Position numbers and translations under genes: made by a program
Part shown: in pieces, positions 1 through 8,095 of the stretch
Layout of the letters: every line of letters begins with the position of its first letter
How positions within the stretch are numbered: position 1 is the stretch's first letter
Notes under the pieces: model-generated
Told to the model about the DNA's origin: nothing
Seen by the model: only the letters and a program-made list of their open reading frames with translations
Databases searched by the model: none
From: a virus
DNA length: 38,284 nucleotides
Strand: one strand, 5' to 3'
UHGV virus genome: UHGV-0085204

Positions 1-37
1 GAAGGTCGTAGGTTCGACTCCTATTATCGGCACCATT
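1..37 (+). tRNA. 3' portion of a tRNA gene (tRNA-Thr thrW-like), truncated by the window start; ends in CCA
   Basis: Sequence GGTTCGACTCC (T-loop) followed by acceptor stem and CACCA at 33-37; matches my memory of the thrW 3' end, the known P22 attachment site. Confidence 0.6.
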
Positions 38-49
38 TAAATCAATAAG

Positions 50-1210
50 TTACCTAGCATTTAAGTAAACCACGTTCTCCTCTTGTGCCGTATTTGTGCC
101 ATTGCGACTTATAATCGCATCGATTTTGCTCGCGTGCTCGGTGAGATGCCCGGCTGAAAGGTGGGCGTATCTTTGAACCATTTCGAGAGTTTCCCATCCT
201 CCCATCTCTTTAAGCGCAAGAAGAGAGACACCGGACTGAACCAGCCAGCTTGCCCAGGTATGCCTCAGGTCATGGAAGCGGAAGTTGCTAATGCCTGCCC
301 GCTTTAACGCTCCCTTCCATGCCTTGTTGCTGTCGGTTCTCATCTTCCTTACCGCTGCTGTTTTTGTTCCGTCGCTTCGGTAGGCAGGTTTGGTGTGGAC
401 AAATACCCATCTCTTATGGAGCCCCTGCTGTTTTCTTAATATCTGGCATGCGGTTTCGTTAAGAGGAACTCCGATCGCATTGCCAGCTTTTGTTTCATCA
501 GGGTGCATCCATGCCATTTTCTTATCCAGATCGACCTGTGACCACTCAAGGTCTGTAACGTTGGAACGGCGAAGGCCTGTCGTGATTGCAAACATGACCA
601 CAGGGAAGAAATGAGGAGCAATTTCTGCAAACAGGCGCTTCGATTCCTCCTCTGTAAGCCATCTGATTCTTCCATTCTTAACGCGTGGTGTTGATATTTT
701 GGGCGCCCTGTCAAGCCATCCCCATTCAACAGCCATATTGAGAATAGCGCGAAGTATTGCCAGATGCCGCGTCTTCGTTCCTTTGCTTGCCAGCTTTGGT
801 TTATACTCCGGCACTGGCTTGCCAAGCCGCAAACACCTGTCCCGGCTCATTTCCCAGTTCAGGCGATGGCGGCGGTTTTCCATCCCGTCTACCGCCTCCA
901 TTATTTTTTCTGTTGTTATGTCTGAGAGAATGGTTTCTCTGAAGTGCAACATCCAGAACGATATAATGCTCTTGTCATCATCAATGGACTTCTTATCCGA
1001 TTTCTCACGCAGCCACCGTATGCAGGCTTCCTTGAATAGCTTTTTCGGTGATTCCCCGAGATTTTTTACTCTCCACGCTTCTGCTTTCAGACGATCGTGA
1101 AGTTCTTGCGCTTGCCTTTTGTCCGATGTTTCAAGAGAACGTCTAACTCTTGATCCATCTGGCGCGACGAAATCGCAGTGCCACGTGCCACCGCGTAGTT
1201 TGATTGACAT
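50..1210 (-). CDS. int: Tyrosine-type site-specific integrase (P22 Int-like)
   Basis: 386 aa; ATG with AGGAGG RBS upstream; C-terminal HDLRHTWASW and RYAHL motifs typical of tyrosine recombinases; adjacent to tRNA 3' end. Confidence 0.95.
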   Translation of the reverse strand: MSIKLRGGTWHCDFVAPDGSRVRRSLETSDKRQAQELHDRLKAEAWRVKNLGESPKKLFKEACIRWLREKSDKKSIDDDKSIISFWMLHFRETILSDITTEKIMEAVDGMENRRHRLNWEMSRDRCLRLGKPVPEYKPKLASKGTKTRHLAILRAILNMAVEWGWLDRAPKISTPRVKNGRIRWLTEEESKRLFAEIAPHFFPVVMFAITTGLRRSNVTDLEWSQVDLDKKMAWMHPDETKAGNAIGVPLNETACQILRKQQGLHKRWVFVHTKPAYRSDGTKTAAVRKMRTDSNKAWKGALKRAGISNFRFHDLRHTWASWLVQSGVSLLALKEMGGWETLEMVQRYAHLSAGHLTEHASKIDAIISRNGTNTAQEENVVYLNAR

Positions 1211-1434
1211 GCTTTAACCTCCTGCACATCAACCGCATTCACCGCGCTATTGTGTCTCACAGACTTAAGCGCCGCAATGCAGTCTGACTTGCAAATGCGA
1301 TATGGGCTTTTAGGTTTATCTGGATTTATCTTTGCGGCTTGAAGTCGTCCACTTCGTATCCACTGCGTGATAGTGCCTTTGTCTACCTTCAGATACGACG
1401 CAGCCTCTTCACGAGTGAAGATTTCTTCTTCCAC
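1087..1434 (-). CDS. xis: Excisionase (helix-turn-helix, Xis-like); start uncertain (GTG at 1434 with GGAGA RBS, or ATG at 1506)
   Basis: ORF immediately upstream of and overlapping int; motif FTREEAASYLKVDKGTITQWIRSGRL resembles excisionase/MerR-type HTH. Confidence 0.65.
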   Translation of the reverse strand: MEEEIFTREEAASYLKVDKGTITQWIRSGRLQAAKINPDKPKSPYRICKSDCIAALKSVRHNSAVNAVDVQEVKACQSNYAVARGTAISSRQMDQELDVLLKHRTKGKRKNFTIV

Positions 1435-1523
1435 CTGGAATCTCCATTTATTGGATTGACATGATTGCTGTAGGTCTGGATATCTTGAGAAGCTGGCAGG
1501 CCTCATCGAGTGTGAGACTGTGG

Positions 1524-1868
1524 TTAGTCCTTGCGTAGCTTGCTGATTCTTCTGTAAGTCTCTGGTGCTTTGTTTCCGTGTATCTTCATTTCAGACTTCA
1601 ACAGAGCAACGAGAGAATCCCATTCGTTGAGGATGCCTTTGAATGCCGGAACGCGCTTTGCAACCTTGTCGAATGAATCTCTGATTTCTGGAATCTGCTC
1701 AACAAGTGCAACGCATCGCCGGAAGTCTGCTGCGTCATGGGGAGCGCCGAAGTGATGACCATAGATATTCTTTTTCAGTCCACATGCGATTGAGGCAAGA
1801 GTTGCGCTACTGATGCCAACATCGCCAGTCGATTGCCATTTCAAAACCTTCATAGCCAAATCTGACAT
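1524..1868 (-). CDS. Hypothetical early-left protein (start taken at MSDLAMKV ATG)
   Basis: ORF with GGAGA-like RBS; the longer ORF-track start would run into an upstream terminator hairpin. Confidence 0.45.
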   Translation of the reverse strand: MSDLAMKVLKWQSTGDVGISSATLASIACGLKKNIYGHHFGAPHDAADFRRCVALVEQIPEIRDSFDKVAKRVPAFKGILNEWDSLVALLKSEMKIHGNKAPETYRRISKLRKD

Positions 1869-1882
1869 TTCTTGTCTCCAAT

Positions 1883-1905
1883 AAAAAACCGCCATCAGGC
1901 GGCTT
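1883..1905 (-). terminator. Rho-independent terminator-like hairpin on minus strand (GCCGCC..GGCGG stem followed by T7)
   Basis: Plus-strand AAAAAACCGCCATCAGGCGGCTTGG reads on minus strand as stem-loop plus U-run. Confidence 0.5.
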
Positions 1906-1968
1906 GGTGTTCTTTCAGTTCTTCAATTCGAATATTGGTTACATTGTTTTCATATATGAATAAATAAA

Positions 1969-2148
1969 TTAGCTTTTTTCGTTGCCTTCGCGTTCTTTAT
2001 TAATTTTAACAAACTCGTTTTTACCACGCTCTCCAAATGCGTCTTTAGATTCGTTGTATCCGCAATCGCAGCACACATAATCACCAGACCATCCACGCAT
2101 TGTTTTTTCTTTTGCAATATTTCCAGAACCGCATTTTGGACAAGACAT
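1969..2148 (-). CDS. Small zinc-ribbon protein (CxxC...CxxC)
   Basis: MSCPKCGSG...VCCDCGY with two CxxC pairs; GGAGG RBS before the ATG at 2148. Confidence 0.55.
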   Translation of the reverse strand: MSCPKCGSGNIAKEKTMRGWSGDYVCCDCGYNESKDAFGERGKNEFVKINKEREGNEKS

Positions 2149-2244
2149 ATCACTACCTCCAAAGCATGAGTGAGATGACAACGTAACATTGATTGGAGAT
2201 TAACAATAGATTGCTGATGTAAAAGATATGCATAAGCTTCGCTT

Positions 2245-2898
2245 TCAAAGTGGAGGTTCTGGTAGCGGCATCCAGTGTGACGGTTTCCACGACGCACCAG
2301 GAATTATCCACCCATCATTAGCGTCAGGATGACCCGGGATGTAAGTCGCCCATTTCATTCGCCAGTCACCTTTCCTGTCAAACTCCACGGCAACAAGAAC
2401 GGCTGTTTTGGTATCCGGCATTCGCTCACTACAGCTTATCCAACCATCCGGAGTTGCCGGAGAGTTGCCTGGTTCTTTAATGTGCAAGCGAGGCTCACCA
2501 TCTTTTGGCTCAGGCCACTGGCGCTCCATGTTAATCTTCAATTTATCTTCCATAGCAACGGTAATTTCAGCATCGCTGATGCCAGCACGGCGCTGTGCAT
2601 CCCACAACAGAAACTGCATATCAGCCCACTCGCTAAGATCGTCTGGTTCGGCTGCGGCTTCCAGTGCCTCTTTTGAGAGATGTTTCAGCGGACCAATGGG
2701 GCCAACGCAGCCAAATGTGGAGTCAGACCATTTGGCATGCTCGTGGCGAATCTGTTCGCGTTCCAGCGATGCCAGTGCAATTTTTAATGCGGTAAGCATG
2801 TTGTTTTGATCTTCATCGAGTCCGAACGGTATTTCATCCCGTGCTGACTCAATGCTGGTAATCGTGTTCTGTAACCATTCTTTGGTAATAGTGGTCAT
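2245..2898 (-). CDS. Phage protein with DUF551-like C-terminal domain (from memory)
   Basis: 217 aa ORF, ATG start with RBS; C-terminal tryptophan-rich region typical of DUF551 proteins of lambdoid ea regions. Confidence 0.5.
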   Translation of the reverse strand: MTTITKEWLQNTITSIESARDEIPFGLDEDQNNMLTALKIALASLEREQIRHEHAKWSDSTFGCVGPIGPLKHLSKEALEAAAEPDDLSEWADMQFLLWDAQRRAGISDAEITVAMEDKLKINMERQWPEPKDGEPRLHIKEPGNSPATPDGWISCSERMPDTKTAVLVAVEFDRKGDWRMKWATYIPGHPDANDGWIIPGASWKPSHWMPLPEPPL

Positions 2899-2900
2899 AG

Positions 2901-3092
2901 CTATTTCACCTTAATCTCAACATTTCTCAGCTTTAGCTCTACTGGCAGGTCTGACTTTCCTGTTAATGCTAATGCGAGATTTTCAGGAGTAATGAGAGCA
3001 GTTATTGTTTTCCCCCTTGCCAGACGAATAATCATTCGTATCTCGCGATCGTCACATGCTCCCGGTCGAACAATTGATATTTGTCCGATCAT
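2901..3092 (-). CDS. Hypothetical small protein
   Basis: 63 aa from internal ATG (MIGQISIV), abutting the upstream gene stop. Confidence 0.4.
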   Translation of the reverse strand: MIGQISIVRPGACDDREIRMIIRLARGKTITALITPENLALALTGKSDLPVELKLRNVEIKVK

Positions 3093-3093
3093 C

Positions 3094-3789
3094 TCACTCT
3101 CCTTTGATGCGAATGCCTGCGGCGCGTGGCACATTAACTTCCACGATGCGCACTGTTGGTTTGTACATCTCAATCGCTGTCAACCAGTCAGCTCCTGTCA
3201 TGCGCTTTTCCGCATCGCCATTAGTCCACTGAACCGGTACACCAATAGCCTTCATCGCGATTTCTATTTCCCCGGCAATGGCGCTTTTTCCGCAACCAGT
3301 AAAACCAGAAACAACGACAAGAACTTCACCTTTGGCTGGTTTTATTTCCCGTGCTTCCAGTTCTGCAATGCGCTTACTTCCATCCGAGATAACACCTTCG
3401 TAATACTCACGCTGCTCGTTGAGTTTTGATTTTGCTGCTTCAAGCTCAACGCGCAGCTTCCCAACCGTAAGCGCAATATCCTCGTTCTCCTTGTCGCGGC
3501 GTTTGATGTATTGCTGGTTTCTTTCCCGTTCATCCAGTAGTGCCAGCGCAACATTTGGATTAAAAGCAGCAATAAATTCAGCGTTTGCATAAGCCTGAAC
3601 ATCTGTTTCAACCAGGCAGTTAACATGACATTCCGCAATCACACCACCGGGTTCTCCTTTCCATTTTTGGCAAACAAAAACTCCTGTTAAATTGCCGTGC
3701 TGGTTAACAGATGTATGCCCTACGATGTAGCTTCCTTTAGTTGCTTTCTCTGCCTTTTCACGCAGTGCCTGATAATTAATTTCGCTCAC
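3094..3789 (-). CDS. Ea22-like coiled-coil protein
   Basis: 231 aa; central heptad/charged coiled-coil segment; position equivalent to lambda ea22. Confidence 0.55.
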   Translation of the reverse strand: MSEINYQALREKAEKATKGSYIVGHTSVNQHGNLTGVFVCQKWKGEPGGVIAECHVNCLVETDVQAYANAEFIAAFNPNVALALLDERERNQQYIKRRDKENEDIALTVGKLRVELEAAKSKLNEQREYYEGVISDGSKRIAELEAREIKPAKGEVLVVVSGFTGCGKSAIAGEIEIAMKAIGVPVQWTNGDAEKRMTGADWLTAIEMYKPTVRIVEVNVPRAAGIRIKGE

Positions 3790-4007
3790 TTCGAACCTCT
3801 CTGTTTACTGATAAGCTCCAGATCCTCCTGGCAACTTGCACAAGTCCGACAACCCTGAACTGCCAGGCGTCTTCGTTCATCTATCGGATCGCCACACTCA
3901 CAACAATGAGTTGCGGATACAGTCTGGTAGTTCAGGCGACGCATTTTTATTGCTGTATTGCGCTGTAATTCTTCAATTTCTGATGCTGAATCAATGATAT
4001 CTGCCAT
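3786..4007 (-). CDS. TraR/DksA-family C4 zinc-finger protein
   Basis: 73 aa; CCECGDPIDERRRLAVQGCRTCASC matches the C4 zinc finger of the DksA/TraR family. Confidence 0.8.
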   Translation of the reverse strand: MADIIDSASEIEELQRNTAIKMRRLNYQTVSATHCCECGDPIDERRRLAVQGCRTCASCQEDLELISKQRGSK

Positions 4008-4105
4008 CTTTCATTAATCCCTGAATTGTTGGTTAATACGCTTGAGGGTGAATGCGAATAATAAAAAAGGAGCCTGTAGCTCCCTGATGATTTTGCTTTT
4101 CATGT

Positions 4106-4387
4106 TCACCGTTCCTTAAAGACGCCGTTTAACATACCGATTGCCAGACTTAAGTGAGTCGGTGTGAATCCCATCAGCGTTACCGTTTCGCGGTGCTTCT
4201 TCAGTACGCTACGGCAAATGTCATCGACGTTTTTATCCGGAAACTGCTGTCTGGCTTTTTTGATTTCAGAATTAGCCTGACGGGCAATACTGCGAAGGGC
4301 GTTTTCTTGCTGAGGTGTCATTGAACAAGTCCCATGTCGGCAAGCATAAGCACACAGAATATGAAGCCCGCTGCCAGAAAAATGCAT
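4106..4387 (-). CDS. Hypothetical protein (lambda orf61 position); start uncertain, may be the internal ATG at 4321
   Basis: ORF in the exo-distal small-gene cluster; no clear RBS. Confidence 0.35.
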   Translation of the reverse strand: MHFSGSGLHILCAYACRHGTCSMTPQQENALRSIARQANSEIKKARQQFPDKNVDDICRSVLKKHRETVTLMGFTPTHLSLAIGMLNGVFKER

Positions 4388-4397
4388 TCAGTGGTTG

Positions 4398-4589
4398 TCA
4401 TACCTGGTCTCTCTCATCTGCTTCTGCTTTCGCCACCATCATTTCCAGCTTTTGTGAAAGGGATGCGGCTAACGTATGAAATTCTTCGTCTGTTTCTACT
4501 GGTATTGGCACAAACCTGACTCCAATTTGAGCAAGGCTATGTGCAATCTCAATGCTCGTTCTTAACTCAACAGGAGATGCTTTGTGCAT
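4398..4589 (-). CDS. Small protein at the lambda orf63 position
   Basis: 63 aa ORF; position and length match lambda orf63. Confidence 0.5.
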   Translation of the reverse strand: MHKASPVELRTSIEIAHSLAQIGVRFVPIPVETDEEFHTLAASLSQKLEMMVAKAEADERDQV

Positions 4590-4750
4590 ACAGCCCCTCG
4601 TTTATTATTTATCTCCTCAGCCAGCCGCTGGGCTTTCAGCGGATTTCGGATAACAGAAAGGCCGGGAAATACCCAGCCTCGCTTTGTAACGGAGTAGACG
4701 AAAGTGATCGCGCCTACCCGGATATTATCGTGAGGATGCTTCATCGCCAT
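4562..4750 (-). CDS. Small protein at the lambda orf60a position
   Basis: 62 aa, ATG start overlapping exo stop. Confidence 0.45.
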   Translation of the reverse strand: MAMKHPHDNIRVGAITFVYSVTKRGWVFPGLSVIRNPLKAQRLAEEINNKRGAVCTKHLLLS

Positions 4751-5421
4751 TGCTCCCCAAATACAAAACCAATTTCAGCCAGTGCCTCGTCCATTTTTTC
4801 GATGAACTCCGGCACCATCTCGTCAAAACTCGCCATGTACTTTTCATCCCGCTCAACCACGACATAATGCAGGCCTTCACGCTTCATACGCGGGTCATAG
4901 TTGGCAAAGTACCAGGCATCTTTTCGCGTCACCCACATGCTGTACTGCACCTGGGCCATGTAAGCCGATTTTATGGCCTCGAAACCACCGAGCCGGAACT
5001 TCATGAAATCGCGGGAGGTAAACGGGCATTTCAGTTCAAGGCCGTTGCCGTCACTGCATAAACCATCGGGAGAGCAGGCGGTGCGCATACTTTCGTCGCG
5101 ATAGATGATCGGGGATTCAGTAACATTCACGCCGGAAGTGAATTCAAACAGGGTTCTGGCGTCGTTCTCGTACTGTTTTCCCCAGGCCAGCGCCTTGGCA
5201 TTAACTTCCGGAGCCACACCGGTGCAAACCTCGGCAAGCAGGGTGTGGAAGTAGGACATTTTCATATCAGGCCATTTCTTTCCGGATCGGGGTTTTGCTA
5301 TTACGTTATGAACTTCTGAAGCTGTGATGACGCCGAGCCGTAATTTGTGCCACGCATCATCCCCCTGTTCGACAGCTCTCACATCGATCCCGGTACGCTG
5401 CAGGATAATGTCCGGTGTCAT
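4741..5421 (-). CDS. exo: Lambda exonuclease (Red alpha)
   Basis: 226 aa; near-identical to my memory of lambda Exo ([40 protein letters not shown]...). Confidence 0.97.
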   Translation of the reverse strand: MTPDIILQRTGIDVRAVEQGDDAWHKLRLGVITASEVHNVIAKPRSGKKWPDMKMSYFHTLLAEVCTGVAPEVNAKALAWGKQYENDARTLFEFTSGVNVTESPIIYRDESMRTACSPDGLCSDGNGLELKCPFTSRDFMKFRLGGFEAIKSAYMAQVQYSMWVTRKDAWYFANYDPRMKREGLHYVVVERDEKYMASFDEMVPEFIEKMDEALAEIGFVFGEQWR

Positions 5422-6203
5422 GCAGCCACCTTCTGCTCAGAGGCTTTCTGTTTCAGGAATCCAAGAGCTTTCACTGCTTCGGCCTGTGTCAGTTCTGACG
5501 ATGCGCGAATGTCGCGGCGAAATATCTGGGAACAGAGCGGCAATAAGTCGTCATCCCATGTTTTGTCCAGGGCAATCAGCAGAGTGTTAATCTCCTGCAT
5601 GGTTTCATCGTTAACCGGAGTAATGTCGCGTTCCGGCTGACATTCTGCGGTGTATGCGGTATTTTCGACAATGCGCTCGGCTTCATCCTTGTCATAGATA
5701 CCAGCAAATCCGAAGGCCAGACGGGCACACTGAATCATGGCTTTATGCCGTAACATCCGTTTGGGATGCGACTGCCACGGGCCGGTGATTTCTCTGCCTT
5801 CGCGGGTTTTGAATGGTTCGCGGCGGCATTCATCCATCCACTCGGTAACGCAGATCGGATGATTACGGTCTTTGCGGTAAATCCGGCATGTACAGGATTC
5901 ATTGTCCTGCTCAAAGTCCATGCCATCAAACTGCTGGTTTTCATTGATGATGCGGGACCAGCCATCAACGCCCACCACCGGAACGATGCCGTTCTGCTTA
6001 TCAGGGAAGGCGTAAATTTCTTTCGTCCACGGATTAAGGCCGTACTGGTTGGCGACGATCAGCAATGCGATGAACTGCGCATCGCTGGCATCACCTTTAA
6101 ATGCCGTCTGGCGAAGAGTGGTGATCAGTTCCTGTGGGTCGACAGAATCCATGCCGACACGTTCAGCTAGCTTCCCAGCCAGCGTTGCGAGTGCTGTACT
6201 CAT
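5418..6203 (-). CDS. bet: Lambda Bet (Red beta) single-strand annealing protein
   Basis: 261 aa; matches lambda Bet length and sequence ([26 protein letters not shown]...). Confidence 0.97.
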   Translation of the reverse strand: MSTALATLAGKLAERVGMDSVDPQELITTLRQTAFKGDASDAQFIALLIVANQYGLNPWTKEIYAFPDKQNGIVPVVGVDGWSRIINENQQFDGMDFEQDNESCTCRIYRKDRNHPICVTEWMDECRREPFKTREGREITGPWQSHPKRMLRHKAMIQCARLAFGFAGIYDKDEAERIVENTAYTAECQPERDITPVNDETMQEINTLLIALDKTWDDDLLPLCSQIFRRDIRASSELTQAEAVKALGFLKQKASEQKVAA

Positions 6204-6208
6204 CCGTT

Positions 6209-6505
6209 TTATACCTCTGAATCAATATCAACCTGGTGGTGAGCAATGGTTTCAACCATGTACCGGATGTGTTCTGCCATGCGCTCCTGAAACTCAACAT
6301 CGTCATCAAACGCACGGGTAATGGCTTTTTTGCTGGCCCCGTGGCGTTGCAAATGATCGATGCATAGCGATTCAAACAGGTGCTGGGGCAGGCCTTTTTC
6401 CATGTCTTCTGCCAGTTCTGCCTCTTTCTCTTCACGGGCGATCTGCTGGTAGTGACGCGCCCAGCTCTGAGCCTCAAGACGATCCTGAATGTAATAAGCG
6501 CTCAT
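6209..6505 (-). CDS. gam: Gam host-nuclease (RecBCD) inhibitor, short form
   Basis: 98 aa; matches C-terminal 98 residues of lambda Gam ([18 protein letters not shown]...[10 protein letters not shown]). Confidence 0.9.
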   Translation of the reverse strand: MSAYYIQDRLEAQSWARHYQQIAREEKEAELAEDMEKGLPQHLFESLCIDHLQRHGASKKAITRAFDDDVEFQERMAEHIRYMVETIAHHQVDIDSEV

Positions 6506-6581
6506 GGCTGAACTCCTGAAAATGGCTGTGAAAATAGCGCCCGCGAAATGCCAGGCTGATTAGGAAAACAGGAAAGGGGGG

Positions 6582-6872
6582 TTAGTGATTCAGGCCGTTA
6601 CCGCGTCCGTCGAGAAAAACTTCCACGAGCAAATCACGGGTATAAGTGCGCTCGATGCCGCGATGCAGATAAAGCCGTCCGCGTAAATTAGCTGATGCAG
6701 TCCAGGTACCATCTTTGTGTTTGACCAGCATTCCTGGCATGACCGCGCCGCGATTAACGGTCTGCGTTCCGTAATGTTGATGAACCATAAAAACTCCTGC
6801 CCGTAAGCTGGGCTGCTGAACATATAGAGACTTCTGCGCGTATTCAGGCGGTGGATGGCCGCCGGTTGTCAT
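6582..6872 (-). CDS. Hypothetical protein at the kil/cIII position (start taken at internal ATG MTTGGH)
   Basis: ORF-track start at 6992 is a TTG; internal ATG at 6872 has a GAGG RBS; position downstream of gam in the leftward operon. Confidence 0.4.
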   Translation of the reverse strand: MTTGGHPPPEYAQKSLYVQQPSLRAGVFMVHQHYGTQTVNRGAVMPGMLVKHKDGTWTASANLRGRLYLHRGIERTYTRDLLVEVFLDGRGNGLNH

Positions 6873-7039
6873 AACTAAGCCGCCTCGTTGAAGCGACTGA
6901 GGTATAAAGTGTTGTGTTGATTTCAGCTGGTCACACCGACGTTCACGCGTCCGCTTCACCCCTCGCACTCCCCGGAGCCTGCTGAAATTCAAGCTGCGGA
7001 TCTAAGCGGTCATCGCAACGGTGAATCAGGTGGTTGCCG

Positions 7040-7130
7040 TATCGTTGTGTTGTTGCGATATGGTGATAATAGCTATTGCTATTGGTGATATCAATACTTA
7101 TTGCTATTGGCTGATGTGTTTTGATATTAA
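7040..7130. promoter_or_regulatory. OL/PL-like operator cluster: repeated TTGCTATTGG motif and AATAGCTATT palindrome
   Basis: Motif copies at about 7072-7085 and 7101-7110; the same motif recurs between the repressor and cro genes. Confidence 0.4.
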
Positions 7131-7235
7131 ATGTTTGATAGCAAAAAGAATTAATTTTGTGACTTGCATCGCATAGCGATAACTGAAGCAGTAGTGTGGT
7201 GGTTTTTTGAGCGGTGTGTGATGAGGGGAGGGGAC

Positions 7236-7264
7236 AAAAGAAAACCCGGCACGGTGGCCGGGTT
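7236..7264 (-). terminator. Rho-independent terminator after the cargo operon (CCCGGC..GCCGGG stem, T-run on minus strand)
   Basis: Plus AAAACCCGGCACGGTGGCCGGGTT; minus-strand reading gives stem plus TTTTCTTTT. Confidence 0.55.
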
Positions 7265-7288
7265 ATTAATTAAATTAGTCAGTTTTTT

Positions 7289-8095
7289 CTACTGTAACAT
7301 AGAGGCAGCATTCAGCATCTTTTCGTAATATGAACGCATGTCTTCTTTGCTATATGCGTTGATAAGATTATCAGCGTGTTTTTCCAGTAGATTTAGCTGC
7401 TGTTTTGCTGACTTTTCTTGTGCTGTCGTTTCAGCGGCAAAAATTACAAATGAATCAATATTTGAATTGTATAATTCGTAGGCTTTAGTAATTGTTAAAA
7501 CACTTATCGCAGCTTCACCCATTTGTTTTTTTATATTTTCAGAACGAAAATCTAATGTTTCTGTAAGATGGTATTTGCCATTTTTTAACAAAAAATCTGC
7601 AACTAACCCTTCTTCATTACTAATTGGATAATTAGCTACGATTTTATGTTGGGAAAGATCTTCAAAATACTTACTGAAAATTCCATGTTGTATAAAGGTG
7701 GATTTTAATTCAGAAAAAACCTTTTTTTTCAACTGCTTATGTGGTTGTTTTTGTGGGTTTACTAACCGATTCATTAGATCAGTAACTTTAGCTTCGTAAT
7801 CTTCGTTGGCTTGAAGAGTGAACATGCCAAATGACGATAACGATAATGCTCCCTTAAAAAGACAAGGAAGAAGTTCAGCATTGTTGATTTTTTGTGACAA
7901 ATCAAAAAGCGAGGTTGAAAGATCCTCTAAGTAATCTAAGGTAAGATCTTTGTCAATCGCTTTAAGTTTTGAAACTGAATTGAGCATACGTACGTCTATG
8001 TCAGAGTCATGGTAAACGATCAAACCAACGTTAATCGTTTCACCTTTCTCTAAGTTCGGTGTAACTCTGATTAAGCTGTATTTGAAAGTTTTCAA
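7289..8095 (-). CDS. DUF3037-like protein (assignment from memory); second gene of cargo operon; TTG start overlapping upstream stop
   Basis: 268 aa; N-terminal YSLIRVTPNLEKGETINVGLIV resembles the conserved DUF3037 N-terminus; GGAGA RBS 7 nt before the TTG; AT-rich by eye. Confidence 0.55.
   Translation of the reverse strand: MKTFKYSLIRVTPNLEKGETINVGLIVYHDSDIDVRMLNSVSKLKAIDKDLTLDYLEDLSTSLFDLSQKINNAELLPCLFKGALSLSSFGMFTLQANEDYEAKVTDLMNRLVNPQKQPHKQLKKKVFSELKSTFIQHGIFSKYFEDLSQHKIVANYPISNEEGLVADFLLKNGKYHLTETLDFRSENIKKQMGEAAISVLTITKAYELYNSNIDSFVIFAAETTAQEKSAKQQLNLLEKHADNLINAYSKEDMRSYYEKMLNAASMLQ

Noticed and set aside
1434-1506. Longer excisionase starting at the ATG at 1506
   Set aside because: Not excluded, but the GTG at 1434 has a better RBS and gives a length typical of Xis; kept as an alternative in the feature note
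1950-2297. 115-aa minus-strand ORF overlapping the zinc-ribbon gene and the DUF551-like gene
   Set aside because: Overlaps two better-supported genes in other frames; no RBS; likely spurious
3342-3638. 98-aa minus-strand ORF in another frame of the Ea22-like gene
   Set aside because: Fully overlapped by the longer Ea22-like ORF with better context
6873-6992. Arginine-rich N-terminal extension (NFSRLRGVRGVKRTRERR) of the 6582..6992 ORF that looked like an N-protein RNA-binding motif
   Set aside because: The ORF-track start at 6992 is a TTG, not ATG; an RBS-supported internal ATG exists at 6872; the rest of the protein has no resemblance to N proteins
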